From an uncultured Chloroflexia bacterium (GTDB lineage Bacteria > Chloroflexota > Dehalococcoidia > GIF9 > AB-539-J10), in the NCBI GenBank assembly GCA_963726175.1, contig CAVSBM010000010.1, positions 107,155-171,154 of the forward strand: 64,000 bases of DNA, given 5' to 3'. Below, piece after piece: positions 20,422 to 30,812 of this stretch. The position numbers were made by a program, and so were the translations under genes. A model generated the notes under the pieces. It saw nothing but the letters and a program-made list of their open reading frames with translations, searched no databases and had not been told where the DNA came from. Each line of letters opens with the position of its first letter. The first letter of the stretch is position 1.

Positions 20422-21115
20422 GTCATCCGTTGTCGGTCTGCCGCAAGGATCGGTTGGATTCCAATCGTAGTTTCTTGAGACACAGCTGCTGGCCGCTTAT
20501 CAGTTCAGCTTGCCCGCGGGGTCGAGTGGATATCCCCCCGGCAAGGGACATGACAGTTAGCAGTGAAACCCGGAACAACTTTGAACCTACCATTGGCTTG
20601 CTTCTGGGCAAAGGGCAGTGGTAATCCCTCGCAGTGCGGGATGCTCCAGGAATCATCCTCAAGTTGAATATGATCGAGGTTAGTTCCTCGAGCATATTCT
20701 TTGCCTCTGAGGTAACAATGCAATCAACCGTTACTTAACCGCATTTTCCAGGTAATGTCCAGCATCCACAGCCACTCAATCAAACTTTTCGCACTCTTCA
20801 GACTGAGAAAACGCTAATAAGACCTTTTTTCGACTTGCTTTATCTAAGTCCTGTATGACCCTGCAAAAGTGATTTAGAGAAGTAACAAAAAGTACACCAA
20901 AAAGTGAAATGTTAAGTTGTGAAGGAAATCCGCAGCCCGATATCAGCTGAGTCAACACCTGTTGCGGATGGGACAATAGTCTGGTGATAGTTTTGCGTCA
21001 AGAGCTGCCTAGCTACTTAATATTGGACCGATCGCAGTATCGAGTGAAGTCAGAAACGGTGGTATAATCGATTATGCAAATGTGTGACATGGGTTCGCCC
21101 TAGATTGCCTGCTCA

Positions 21116-22096
21116 ATGCGGAGACAAAAAGAAGTGAAGTCATCATGTCATAGATTCTTTTCACTGACACTTGTTGCAGCTACATTTCTATGTGTTTTTG
21201 CCTTATGCACTTCGCACACACCCAAAAGCATCCCCGCTGTAGATGAGACGCGCACTCCTGATCATGATGGGAGGCAGCGAACGTACCTGCTCCATGTACC
21301 AGACGGTCTGCATGACAACGAACCGGTGCCACTGGTCTTTGTTTTTCACGGTGGAGGAGGCGGTGGCAGCGGTATGGTCAGCCTGACCGAATTCGACAAA
21401 CTCTCCGACCGTGAGGAGTTTATTGTTGTCTTTCCTAACGGAGTAGGTGACAGTTGGAACGACGGGCGGCAGAACTTAGCCTCAGAAGCCTACCTGTTAG
21501 ATCTAGATGATGTTGGATTTGTAGATGCGATGATAGAGACAATATCCCTTGAGTATCCTGTCGACCGGGACAAGGTATACGCAACAGGCATCTCCAACGG
21601 TGCGATTTTCTCCCATTTCCTAGCTGCCAAAAGAGCATCAACGTTCGCCGCGATCGCACCAGTGGTGGGTGGACTGGCTATACCCTTTAACGAACAGCTC
21701 AATCCCGATGATACCGTTTCTGTGCTTGTAATCCAGGGGGCCGATGATCCACTTGTGCCCTACGATGGTGGACAAATAGCCGGAGGGAACCGTGGCGCCA
21801 TTATTAGCACCGATGATACAGTAGAACTATGGGTTCAAAATGACGGGTGCAACAATACACCTCTAATAGCAGAGCTCCCCAATAATGACTTGCATGACGG
21901 TTGCCTCGTAACACACTACATGTGGTCTAACGGGCACACAGATTCTGCAGTCGTCCTTTTGAGGATCGAAGGCGGCGGCCATACCTGGCCTGGCGGCGCA
22001 CAATATCTCCCCGAATCCATTATCGGTCGGGTCTGCAAAGATTTCGAGGCAACTGAGGTTATTTGGAGTTTCTTCAAAGAACATCCAAAACAATGA
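21116..22096 (+). CDS. Secreted LpqC/PHB-depolymerase-family esterase
   Basis: PLVFVFHGGGG, GISNG nucleophile, G.DD..VPY.GG, GGGHTWPG. Confidence 0.9.
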   Translation: MRRQKEVKSSCHRFFSLTLVAATFLCVFALCTSHTPKSIPAVDETRTPDHDGRQRTYLLHVPDGLHDNEPVPLVFVFHGGGGGGSGMVSLTEFDKLSDREEFIVVFPNGVGDSWNDGRQNLASEAYLLDLDDVGFVDAMIETISLEYPVDRDKVYATGISNGAIFSHFLAAKRASTFAAIAPVVGGLAIPFNEQLNPDDTVSVLVIQGADDPLVPYDGGQIAGGNRGAIISTDDTVELWVQNDGCNNTPLIAELPNNDLHDGCLVTHYMWSNGHTDSAVVLLRIEGGGHTWPGGAQYLPESIIGRVCKDFEATEVIWSFFKEHPKQ

Positions 22097-22757
22097 GTAG
22101 AGAGCAAATTGAGGCCATAATTCCCCAATAGCACTGGCTATCCCGGTTGTCTGGGGGACACAATATCCAGCAATCAACTCCCCTTGAAATCATAGGTTGG
22201 CCCAAGTTGTGGATTTCAGTCGATTTCACCATCGGGCCATTGGAGATAGCCACAGTTTCAATCTTGAAAACCAATCCCTTAATGCCTCAAAGGTGGCTGG
22301 ATATCTACAACACACTTAGCATGTCCCAAAAAGGCGTCTTGCCGTGCTAAGCGTGGACACAATATGTCCCAATCAATCTTCTTTGAAATCACTGCTCAGG
22401 TGTATGGGTTTACACCAAACGCTAGAAAGTGCAATACGAGTTGGCCTAACCAAATACTGCTTCGCTAACTGACGGCGCAAGATTATTAGATTATCCACAT
22501 CACCTATGGAGAGAGTTGGCTATGCTATGAAGGGCAGTTTATTTATTTGTCGTTGCCGCTATTGATGAAATGGGCAAATATGTTATATATAGTAAATTCT
22601 CACAGCAGCTAGAACCATAAAATGTAACCCCAGATTATTTACCGCCTAGTTTTTTATGCTATTCGCCTGTTTCCTCCTGAGCGGATAGCAAGTATTTTTC
22701 ATTAGTTCATGCTGGAAGTACGTATCGTGTGGCCTTATTCAACATAGTATTCGCTTT

Positions 22758-23888
22758 TCAGCGCAGCTCGATCAAGAAAATGCAGGATTTCTCAAGACTA
22801 TCCGGTAACGCCACCAAAACCGCTAATTTTTTGCTATCCGGGCTCCACGTCATATCCGAGACAATAGCCCTTTTACCGCGAAGCGATTCGGCATAGCCGT
22901 CATCATCAAAGTGGGTGAGACGCTGCTTATCCGTTCCATCATTATTCATCAACCATAGCTCGGTGATAAGCTGCTCTTCCCAGGCGTAATCACCTACACT
23001 AGGTATGTTTATCCCAAGTCCTGTAGCAGACATCCAAGCGATATATTTGCCATCAGGCGAATAATGGGCATGCTCATCCCAATCATTGGGGGTATGAGTG
23101 AGGTTAGTTGTTTCACCTGTTATCAAGTTCATCTCGTAGATATCAAATCCACTGTCTGATTGGCCGTCCGCGTTAGCGGAAAATAGGATTCTACTGTCGT
23201 CAGCACTAAAACAATGGCTTTCATAGAAATAGTGGTGCTGGCCAGGTTGATAAATCTGGACATTGCTTAGGTTAGGACCATTTGCACCCACAGCAAAATC
23301 GGCAATTTTCAGCGCCCATTCGCCCCACTCACTACCACTATCCGAGCTCTTACCCAACCGCTCCGCCCAGAATAGCCTATTGCCGTCATGAGAGAAGTGA
23401 GGGTGAATAACCGCTCTGCTATAGAGGGGATAGTCAGTCAACGGGTAGAAAGTAATACCATCAGCACTAGCCAGCCAAAGGTCGCAATTGTATCCCGAAC
23501 CCGGGACAGCTTCCCGTCTCAGTGTTACGGGGTTCGATGATTTCTCTGCGGTAAAAACAATATATTCACCCGAAGGGTGCCAAGCTGCATTACCATTACT
23601 TTTCTGAGGACAGAGAGGATTGCCATCAGTAAGTGTCCTCTTCTGGCTGTTTTGGGGGTTAAGCACATGAATATCCACATACCCATCGGCGCCGTATCGT
23701 TCAAAAGCGATCAGGTTATTTGCTGGGCACTAATCTAACGTTTTGGCCAAACTGCTAACCAAGGTGGAAATGTCTTTCATTGGTCGACCAACGTATGGGT
23801 CGGCAGATTCTGTTACTTCGCTCTTTGGCGAACAACCAATGGGCAAACAGACAAGAACGATTAAAGGCACTACCAGAATCTGCTTCAT
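22758..23888 (-). pseudogene. TolB-like beta-propeller lipoprotein with in-frame TAG at 23730-23732
   Basis: ORFs 23730-23990 and 22758-23678 share a frame; lipobox PIGC; WHPSG, FSHDG, YSPDG, WSPD repeats; LD*CP matches LDW.P. Confidence 0.75.
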
Positions 23889-24191
23889 GGTCAAATGATA
23901 GGGTTTGAAAGAGAGCAAGTCAATAAAGCAGGCCCGACAATTTGAGTGATTGTGCAGCCAACTCGGCTTCTGCTGTGCTCTCTCTTCCATCCACTCGGGG
24001 CATCCTAAGTCCCTGCTTTTCTGAAACCTTGACAGTATCGCCCATCACCCACTCACCACCAAGCTCAACATGCCATTGGAGCATTTCTGCCCGCATCCCA
24101 CATTTGTAAGCCCCTAATCTTCCATCACTACTTCACCCTAGAAACAGAGAGCATAATACAAAATGTCGGTATTTGGTTTTTAGACCACGAC

Positions 24192-24974
24192 TTAGCTCCA
24201 GAAGGTAGGCTTGCGCTTATCTACGAAAGCCTGTATCCCTTCTTTTCCATCCAGGTGTTCCGCACAACTGCAAAGTCCAAGGCGCTCTCGTTCAATGTGT
24301 GCCTCAAAGGCAGTATTGAACGAATCCGTAAGTAGTTGCTTCGACCAGCCGAAGGAATTGAGTGAGCTGTTGCTCAATTCGTGAGTCATATTCACGGCTT
24401 CCTCCAGAGCGTGCCCATCATCTACAACTTTGGTCACCAATCCCCAGGTCAATGCCTTCTCAGAAGAAATAGGGGCATCAGATCCAGCTATCTCCAAGGC
24501 ACGTGCCAGGCCGACAATCCTTGGAAGCATGAAGGTGCCCCCACCGTCGATGCAAAGCCCGTTTGATGTATAAGCCTGCCTCAGAGTAGCAGACCGAGCC
24601 ATAACCCGAAAATCACAAGCCAGCGCCAGCGAAAACCCGCCACCGGCTGCAATCCCATTAATAGCCGCTATCACTGGTTTAGGCATCCGACGAATCTCCA
24701 GTATTGCCTGATGAAAACTCGCCGACAACTTGTGAAAGGCAACAGACGGACCGAGTGGGAATTCGGATACCCACTTAAGGTCACCGCCGACACAAAATCC
24801 TTTGCCCTCACCCGAGATCACCACGCCCCGTACGGTGTCATCCACGGCAAGCATAACCACACGTCGCGCAAAATGCTCGATCATATCATAATCGAAGGCA
24901 TTGAACACTGCCGGACGGTTCAGAATTAGCTTGGCTACCCCGTCATCCTGTGCGATTGTTATAGGGTCTAACAT
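24192..24974 (-). CDS. Enoyl-CoA hydratase/isomerase, PaaG-like
   Basis: LNRP..NA, FCVGGDL, GGGFSLALACD lacking the catalytic Glu, GLCIDGG with Asp. Confidence 0.88.
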   Translation of the reverse strand: MLDPITIAQDDGVAKLILNRPAVFNAFDYDMIEHFARRVVMLAVDDTVRGVVISGEGKGFCVGGDLKWVSEFPLGPSVAFHKLSASFHQAILEIRRMPKPVIAAINGIAAGGGFSLALACDFRVMARSATLRQAYTSNGLCIDGGGTFMLPRIVGLARALEIAGSDAPISSEKALTWGLVTKVVDDGHALEEAVNMTHELSNSSLNSFGWSKQLLTDSFNTAFEAHIERERLGLCSCAEHLDGKEGIQAFVDKRKPTFWS

Positions 24975-25010
24975 ATTCCTAACCTCCTTCTTCACATTCT
25001 TATCCTGTTG

Positions 25011-25514
25011 TCACCACTTGATTCTAAAAATGATTTCGCAAGTTCCGTTGCAATTGCTGGTATCTTTCTCATTTGTCACCTCTCCATTCAGTCCCATAGC
25101 CTGCCACCAGGAATCGAATCTCAGCTTTGCCGCACACTGGTGAATAGCTGTAGTTCCCGCCTTACTCACCATCTTATGGACATAGCATTCCAGCACATGC
25201 CCCACGAATGTGTTGTTATCCACTATCTTAAATTCATACTTGTGTTCTTCAGGGAAATAGAGAAGCGCGGCAATCTCCATCAGCGTTTGTAGGTCTCTCA
25301 TATTCTTGACTTCACCAAAGTCGGTCTCGGCTAGTATTTGTTTTATCTCCGTCCTGGCTATGGACTTAACTACGGCGAGATTCAGTTTGGTGGCAGTATC
25401 GAAGCCAAATTGCTCCACTGACTTCAGAAACCACCTGCCATCATGTAGCAGCCATATATTGCGGAGCAGCTTTTCTTTTTGCTCAGCCGTAAGCCTAACT
25501 TCCTTGGGACTCAT
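25011..25514 (-). CDS. DUF6125-like protein (paralogue 2)
   Basis: W..HDG.WF..V...FG...A..LN, conserved Cys (ECY, HQC, C...C). Confidence 0.75.
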   Translation of the reverse strand: MSPKEVRLTAEQKEKLLRNIWLLHDGRWFLKSVEQFGFDTATKLNLAVVKSIARTEIKQILAETDFGEVKNMRDLQTLMEIAALLYFPEEHKYEFKIVDNNTFVGHVLECYVHKMVSKAGTTAIHQCAAKLRFDSWWQAMGLNGEVTNEKDTSNCNGTCEIIFRIKW

Positions 25515-25569
25515 ATCCCGGTAACCCCCGTACAGATAGTTGACTGACGACCTCCCACCGCCCTTTTGA

Positions 25570-26073
25570 CTACCTGTCAAAAGTGAAGGTGATCTCCCTA
25601 AAACATCTGCCGTCTGTGTGCATCATGCAACCTTCCACCTGAGGAGAAACACTGTACTTCATTCCTATACCGTCAAACCAGCCATAGATTCTTTCAAAAA
25701 TGCCGCACTGGTATTGCTCGATAGCACCGATTTGCTTTATGCCCTCATACGCAAAACACCTTTCGAAATCACCGCGCAGAACGTTCCTTCGAGGCAGACT
25801 AAAGCTTGACTTCATGAAATCTCCTTTTACTATGTCCCAAGCGGCTTCGAGCAATGACTTAAGATCCTCAAATGTTGTCACCTCCTCTATACCCACTGCC
25901 TTCTGAATTCTTCTGATCTCTATAATTCCCATGGCTCTGACAGCAGCTTTGTTTATTTTGTTCGTTTTCTCAATGCCGCATTCCTGCAAGCAGTGATAGA
26001 ACCACATGGCGTCATGGGTCATCCAGTTCTTAATTAAGATTTCCTTTAACTCTTTCCTCTCAAGTGTCTTCAC
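25570..26073 (-). CDS. DUF6125-like protein (paralogue 1)
   Basis: WMTHDAMWF, CFAYEG, YQCG, GC....GRC. Confidence 0.75.
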   Translation of the reverse strand: MKTLERKELKEILIKNWMTHDAMWFYHCLQECGIEKTNKINKAAVRAMGIIEIRRIQKAVGIEEVTTFEDLKSLLEAAWDIVKGDFMKSSFSLPRRNVLRGDFERCFAYEGIKQIGAIEQYQCGIFERIYGWFDGIGMKYSVSPQVEGCMMHTDGRCFREITFTFDR

Positions 26074-26115
26074 ATTCGGCGTCTCTCCCTGCCGCACTAC
26101 CCAAACATCGACAAC

Positions 26116-26547
26116 TTACTCTCTCTTGCGTTCCTCTACCCGCACTTCCATGACGATGTGCCCCCAGCCACCACAGTTGACACCGACATCAACACATCCT
26201 ATCCTTTTAAACCGCATCTCGTTAGGGTCCACGCCGGCATAGAATAGCTCCTGTGCCGCATAAATCAATGTCGGCATGGAATGCAAGGCACCAAAACAGA
26301 TTCTTTTGGGACAGAGCTTGGTCAAAATGTTGCCAGCCCCATCAAAATAGAACTTATCACCAACTTTATGCTGACTATTACAGCCATGTGAGTCCACAAC
26401 TTCTACCACAATCGTCTTGTCTAGCAATGCTGGCGCTTTGGAAATAACGTCCTCGTTTCTGGGATCTTCTCTGAACTTCTTCATTTCCTTATCACTGTAG
26501 CCCAGGTGTTGCTGATAGAATTTCCAGACATCTTCACTGACTTTCAT
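26116..26547 (-). CDS. TIGR04076-like Cys-rich protein
   Basis: VEVV.S.GC...HKVGDKF, C...IC..AL, C.DVG..CGGWG.I.ME. Confidence 0.7.
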   Translation of the reverse strand: MKVSEDVWKFYQQHLGYSDKEMKKFREDPRNEDVISKAPALLDKTIVVEVVDSHGCNSQHKVGDKFYFDGAGNILTKLCPKRICFGALHSMPTLIYAAQELFYAGVDPNEMRFKRIGCVDVGVNCGGWGHIVMEVRVEERKRE

Positions 26548-26561
26548 TTGTTCCCTCCTTT

Positions 26562-26673
26562 AATAACGTTTTGTTATTGGCAGCATAGCAAGGTATAGTA
26601 ATCCCGTCAATAGAATTTATAACGTTGTGTTATATATTTTAGAAAATTTCTTGTGGATATTACAAAATGTGAT
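26562..26673. promoter_or_regulatory. Divergent promoters with repeated ATAAC-N5-GTTAT operator palindromes
   Basis: Palindromes at 26562-26578 and 26618-26634, degenerate copy 26659-26673; minus-strand TTGACG-17-TATGCT at 26610-26582. Confidence 0.7.
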
Positions 26674-26684
26674 AAAATCTGAGC

Positions 26685-26936
26685 GTGGTCTCTCCAAGCA
26701 TAGGCATGAGGATTCAACACGCCAGAGAGGGACTTGGTATTACCCAGCAAGAACTGGCAGCCAGGTTAGGCTGCACGCAGGCGGCCTTATCCAACTACGA
26801 ACTGGGCAAGAGACGACTTTATCTAGCCAATCTGGAACGTATAGCCAGCGCCTTGGGGAAACCCCTCAGCTATTTTACAGAGTCGGCCGCCGATGAAGAC
26901 GATACTCGAGACTGGGCCCGGTATCCTCACCGCTAG
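26685..26936 (+). CDS. XRE-family HTH transcriptional regulator
   Basis: IG.RI..ARE..GITQQELA..LG.TQAALSNYELGKR. Confidence 0.9.
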   Translation: MVSPSIGMRIQHAREGLGITQQELAARLGCTQAALSNYELGKRRLYLANLERIASALGKPLSYFTESAADEDDTRDWARYPHR

Positions 26937-27019
26937 AATGCAATGAGTCAAAAAGAGTCCGAGCAGCTCCGCAACCCACCGGGCTTCTGCTCTTTCCGTA
27001 TTGTCCAATCGGAGGGACC

Positions 27020-27682
27020 TTAATTCCCTGCTAACTGGGCGACTCTCTGCTTGCGCAAAATCACCCTGGCTGCTACCAAAACTACCAAGCCCAAAATTAG
27101 AAGAGCCTTCCTGTAGTCGGGCATGGGATCCCAAAAGCCCTGCGAGAATGAATCCGTAAGTTCGCTCAGCCCAACATGAGGAATCTCGAATTGCCTCTCA
27201 CCTGTTTCGGGGTCGTATTGATAGAATTCGACTTGACCATTCTCAATCGACGTTTCATGTTTTCCCTCATAGTCCACCCAAATATGCATGGGAGACGAAC
27301 GGATTTCATAAGTAATGTTTTTTGCTTCCAAAACACTGGCCAAGACTAGCGCTCTGGCTTTACAATCCCCCTCTCCTTTCTCCAACACTTGCTCAACGGT
27401 GGGGCAATACCAGGGCATGCCATAAACCTCCCAGTCATGGCGATAGGGTATCTTAGCGAGGACTGCTTTCTCGATATCTACGGGGTCAGATGAAACGTTG
27501 TTCACCATAAACTCAACAGCGTTTGGGTCAGCATCAAAGTTGAGAACTCTGTGGATACTAATGATTAGGTTCAGAGGATCGGGATATAACACAAAAAGAA
27601 TCCACAGTATAAATATCAGGGGAAAATATCTCCGAAACACTTTTCTCGAAGCTTTTTCAGTATTCTTAAGATCGTCCGTCAT
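27020..27682 (-). CDS. Transglutaminase-like membrane protein
   Basis: GDCKARA Cys motif, HIWVD, TM at both ends. Confidence 0.75.
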   Translation of the reverse strand: MTDDLKNTEKASRKVFRRYFPLIFILWILFVLYPDPLNLIISIHRVLNFDADPNAVEFMVNNVSSDPVDIEKAVLAKIPYRHDWEVYGMPWYCPTVEQVLEKGEGDCKARALVLASVLEAKNITYEIRSSPMHIWVDYEGKHETSIENGQVEFYQYDPETGERQFEIPHVGLSELTDSFSQGFWDPMPDYRKALLILGLVVLVAARVILRKQRVAQLAGN

Positions 27683-27805
27683 AGCTGTCGTCTCAGTCCA
27701 ACTGCTATTAGTATCTTTTCCATACTGGCATAGGATAGAAAACTCTTATTCGGGTTCGCGAGAATCATAGCAAATATGATATTGACCCACCGGCGCACCT
27801 GTCCG

Positions 27806-28189
27806 TTACTTCCTCTTGTGTCTCTCTCCTTCCATCTTCCGCAAAGTCTCGTCATCGAGGCCGAAGTGATGGGCTATTTCATGGCGCACCACTTCCCCTA
27901 TTCTTGCCTCAACTTCGTAGCCAAAGCGACATTGCGCCTCTATAGGCCTTTGAAAAATGCTTATCTTATCAGGCAAGACTAATCCATACCCTTGCCCTCG
28001 CCTGATTCGAGGCACACCCTGATAAAGGCCAAGCAATTGCCCGGGGCTCTTTATCTTAGCTTGTCTCAATTGCACCGCTGTGGGCCACTCCTCTACCACG
28101 ATATCAACGTTTTCCAGCTTGCTCTGAAATTCCAGTGGCAAGCTCTCGATCGCTCTGGCCACGAGACCTTCAAATTCCTCTCTCTCCAT
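27806..28189 (-). CDS. Zinicin-like metallopeptidase
   Basis: LLGLYQGVP, PDKISIF, HEIAHHFG. Confidence 0.9.
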   Translation of the reverse strand: MEREEFEGLVARAIESLPLEFQSKLENVDIVVEEWPTAVQLRQAKIKSPGQLLGLYQGVPRIRRGQGYGLVLPDKISIFQRPIEAQCRFGYEVEARIGEVVRHEIAHHFGLDDETLRKMEGERHKRK

Positions 28190-28316
28190 ATCAACAAAAC
28201 ACAGACATTACCAACAGGAGTGAAAAATATCTACCTCCATGTTACCACCGGAGCATGCTATTAGACAAACAAGTAGCAGTCAATGGTATCATCGAAACCA
28301 AGCCTTCATATTGATT

Positions 28317-28345
28317 GAGCCGCCACGGTACGAGAGCGGTTTTTT
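28317..28345 (+). terminator. Terminator-like hairpin upstream of aroH
   Basis: AGCCGC...GCGGTT stem followed by T6. Confidence 0.4.
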
Positions 28346-28457
28346 GCTCACGAAACGTAATCATCGCGGTTTGTCCTGCCATCAAAGTGAGCTTTCTTGA
28401 CGAAGGATGAGAATTAAGATAGGCTATTAGCTTAAATCTCAAAGGAGAGGTGTTAAA

Positions 28458-28841
28458 TTGCAGTGCCGTGGCATCAGAGGAGCTATCGCGGTTTCAGCAA
28501 ACAGTAGAAAAAGCATCCTAACAGCCACCAAGAAGCTGCTTTCGAAAATGGTCAGGGTTAACGAACTTGAAACTAGGGACATCGCCGCTATTTTTTTCAC
28601 CACGACGCCAGACTTAGATGCCGAGTTTCCTGCTGCGGCGACAAGAGAGCTGGGATGGCCATCCAACCTCGCTTTGCTATGTGGACATGAAATGAATGTC
28701 CCTGGTGCGTTACCCCGCTGTCTGAGAGTCCTCATGCTCGTAAACACCGAAAGGGGACCTGATGAAATTACACATGTCTACATAGGCGAGGCGAAGAAGC
28801 TAAAGGACACACCATCACCCGCAATTGGAGGCAAGACATGA
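28458..28841 (+). CDS. aroH: Chorismate mutase AroH class
   Basis: RGIRGA, FTTTPDLDAEFPA, EMNVPGALPRC.RV. Confidence 0.93.
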   Translation: MQCRGIRGAIAVSANSRKSILTATKKLLSKMVRVNELETRDIAAIFFTTTPDLDAEFPAAATRELGWPSNLALLCGHEMNVPGALPRCLRVLMLVNTERGPDEITHVYIGEAKKLKDTPSPAIGGKT

Positions 28842-29878
28842 TTGTGGTCATGAAAACTGACTCCAGGCCTGACCAAATCAGCAAAGTCACAAAACGAATC
28901 GAAGACTTTGGACTAAAGGCACACATCTCAGAAGGTGTTGACCATACCGTTATCGGCGTGTTGGGCAAAGTGTTCACTGAGCTTCGTGATGCCTTAGAGT
29001 TGCTCCCCGGGGTAGAACAGGTTCTACTCGTGAGCAAGCCTTACAAACTTGCCAGTCGGGAGTTTCACCCCCGAGATACGGTGGTCGAGGTAAAAGGGGT
29101 ACCTATCGGTGGCAGTGAAATAATCGTCATGGCCGGTCCCTGTGCCATAGAAAGCGAAGAGCAACTCCTAGCCACTGCTCAGGCGGTCAAAGCCGCTGGT
29201 GCCACTGTGCTGCGCGGTGGAGCCTTCAAACCACGTACTTCGCCTTACGACTTTCGAGGGTTAGGCGAAACTGGACTCAAAATACTGGCTGCGGTAGGAA
29301 AGGAAAACAAGATGCCTGTGATTACCGAAGTTATGTCGCCGGACCAGGTTGATTTAGTAGCCAAATACGCAGATATACTTCAGATCGGCGCCAGAAACAT
29401 GCAGAATTTTATCCTGCTCGACGAGGTGGGCAAAACAAGGAAGCCAGTGTTGCTTAAACGCGGTTTGTCATCTACTATTCAAGAGTGGTTGCTGGCGGCC
29501 GAATACGTTCTGGCTCAAGAAAATGAACAGGTTATTCTTTGCGAACGAGGTATCAGAACCTTTGAGACCCATACCCGTAACACTATGGACATTAGCTCAA
29601 TACCAATTATCGAGAAAGTCAGCCATCTGCCCATTATCGCCGATCCCAGCCACGCTACAGGCAAATGGTACCTAGTACCTCCCCTGGCATTAGCAGCAGT
29701 AGCTGCCGGGGCAGATGGACTTCTCATAGAAGTACATCCTAATCCTGACATGGCGCTTGCCGATGGTCCTCAATCACTCAACTTTGATAGCTTTCGAGTC
29801 CTTATGTCTCAACTGCTACCGATAGCCCAAGCTAGAAATAGACAATTAGCTACTCAAAGCGCGAAGAGCAAACCCTAA
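28838..29878 (+). CDS. aroF: DAHP synthase type I-beta with N-terminal regulatory domain
   Basis: [31 protein letters not shown]. Confidence 0.95.
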   Translation: MIVVMKTDSRPDQISKVTKRIEDFGLKAHISEGVDHTVIGVLGKVFTELRDALELLPGVEQVLLVSKPYKLASREFHPRDTVVEVKGVPIGGSEIIVMAGPCAIESEEQLLATAQAVKAAGATVLRGGAFKPRTSPYDFRGLGETGLKILAAVGKENKMPVITEVMSPDQVDLVAKYADILQIGARNMQNFILLDEVGKTRKPVLLKRGLSSTIQEWLLAAEYVLAQENEQVILCERGIRTFETHTRNTMDISSIPIIEKVSHLPIIADPSHATGKWYLVPPLALAAVAAGADGLLIEVHPNPDMALADGPQSLNFDSFRVLMSQLLPIAQARNRQLATQSAKSKP

Positions 29879-29882
29879 GACC

Positions 29883-30812
29883 ATGGAAATCGAGCAAGAG
29901 CTAGCCAATATAACTCCTCAAGGGGAAACGCTCCTTACCATAGGCGTGTTTGATGGTGTCCATGCCGGGCATCGCTACCTGCTAAAACAACTGCAGCAGC
30001 GAGCAGCGGAGAAGAATCTGCTTAGCGGAGTAGTTACGTTCAATCCCCATCCCCAATCGGTGTTACATCCTCATGATCAATTGGCTTGGCTCAGTAGCCT
30101 AAATGATAGGGTCACGACTTTTCAGCAGCTGGGCGTAAACATAGTCGCAGTGTTGACGTTTACTCCCAAGCTAGCCCAGCTAAGTGCCCGCGACTTTATG
30201 TCCTTGCTTAAGAAATACCTTAGAATGCGGGGCATTATGGTGGGGCCTGACTTCGCTTTGGGACGAGGCGGGGAAGGCAATATCAACCTGCTCCGCACTC
30301 TCGGAGATGAAATGAAGTTCAGTGTGGAAGTCATTTCTCCCTATAGAGTGAATGGCGAGATAGTGAGCAGCACTCTCATCCGCCAAGCATTAACTCAAGG
30401 CGATATGAAGAGAGTAGAAGAGCTAATGGGACACCATTTCTACCTCACAGGCAAGGTCGTCACATCCGACAAACGCGGACGAGTTCTGGGATTTCCCACG
30501 GCTAACCTGGACATAAAGCCACAACAAGCATTACCAGACAATGGCATCTATGCTACTATCACTCGCGTAGATGGCAAGCAGTTCCTCTCAGCAACCAATA
30601 TTGGCACCCGCCCTACTTTTGGGAAGGGGAAAAGAATGGTGGAAACTCACCTGCTAGACTATGAAGGTAATTTATATGGCAAAGAGATAAGGGTAGAATT
30701 TGTGCAAAAACTAAGGGATGAAAAACGTTTTGCTTCCTCAGAAGAACTGAAGACACAAATCGAAGAAGATGTCCGAACAGTGAAAGCACTTCTAGCTAAG
30801 GACTCAGAATGA
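29883..30812 (+). CDS. ribF: Riboflavin kinase / FAD synthetase
   Basis: IGVFDGVHAGH, SST.IR, GR.LGFPTAN, NIG.RPTF. Confidence 0.96.
   Translation: MEIEQELANITPQGETLLTIGVFDGVHAGHRYLLKQLQQRAAEKNLLSGVVTFNPHPQSVLHPHDQLAWLSSLNDRVTTFQQLGVNIVAVLTFTPKLAQLSARDFMSLLKKYLRMRGIMVGPDFALGRGGEGNINLLRTLGDEMKFSVEVISPYRVNGEIVSSTLIRQALTQGDMKRVEELMGHHFYLTGKVVTSDKRGRVLGFPTANLDIKPQQALPDNGIYATITRVDGKQFLSATNIGTRPTFGKGKRMVETHLLDYEGNLYGKEIRVEFVQKLRDEKRFASSEELKTQIEEDVRTVKALLAKDSE

Larger units (their letters stand above)
13181..27700. mobile_element. Decayed genomic island / accessory region beside tRNA-Thr (right border uncertain)
   Basis: Integrase remnant, tRNA fragment, pseudogenes, long intergenic gaps and mixed orientation between two core blocks. 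Confidence 0.55.

Noticed and set aside
20423-21000. Cobalamin riboswitch or genuine CDS
   Set aside because: Only partial resemblance (AAGGGA...GTGAAACCCG) without the B12 box; the short ORFs have no recognisable motifs
23730-23732. In-frame TAG as pyrrolysine or stop-codon reassignment
   Set aside because: Position corresponds to the Trp of a PD40-type motif (TGG to TAG); TAG is a normal stop for many genes here (rpmH, rsfS, oleA)
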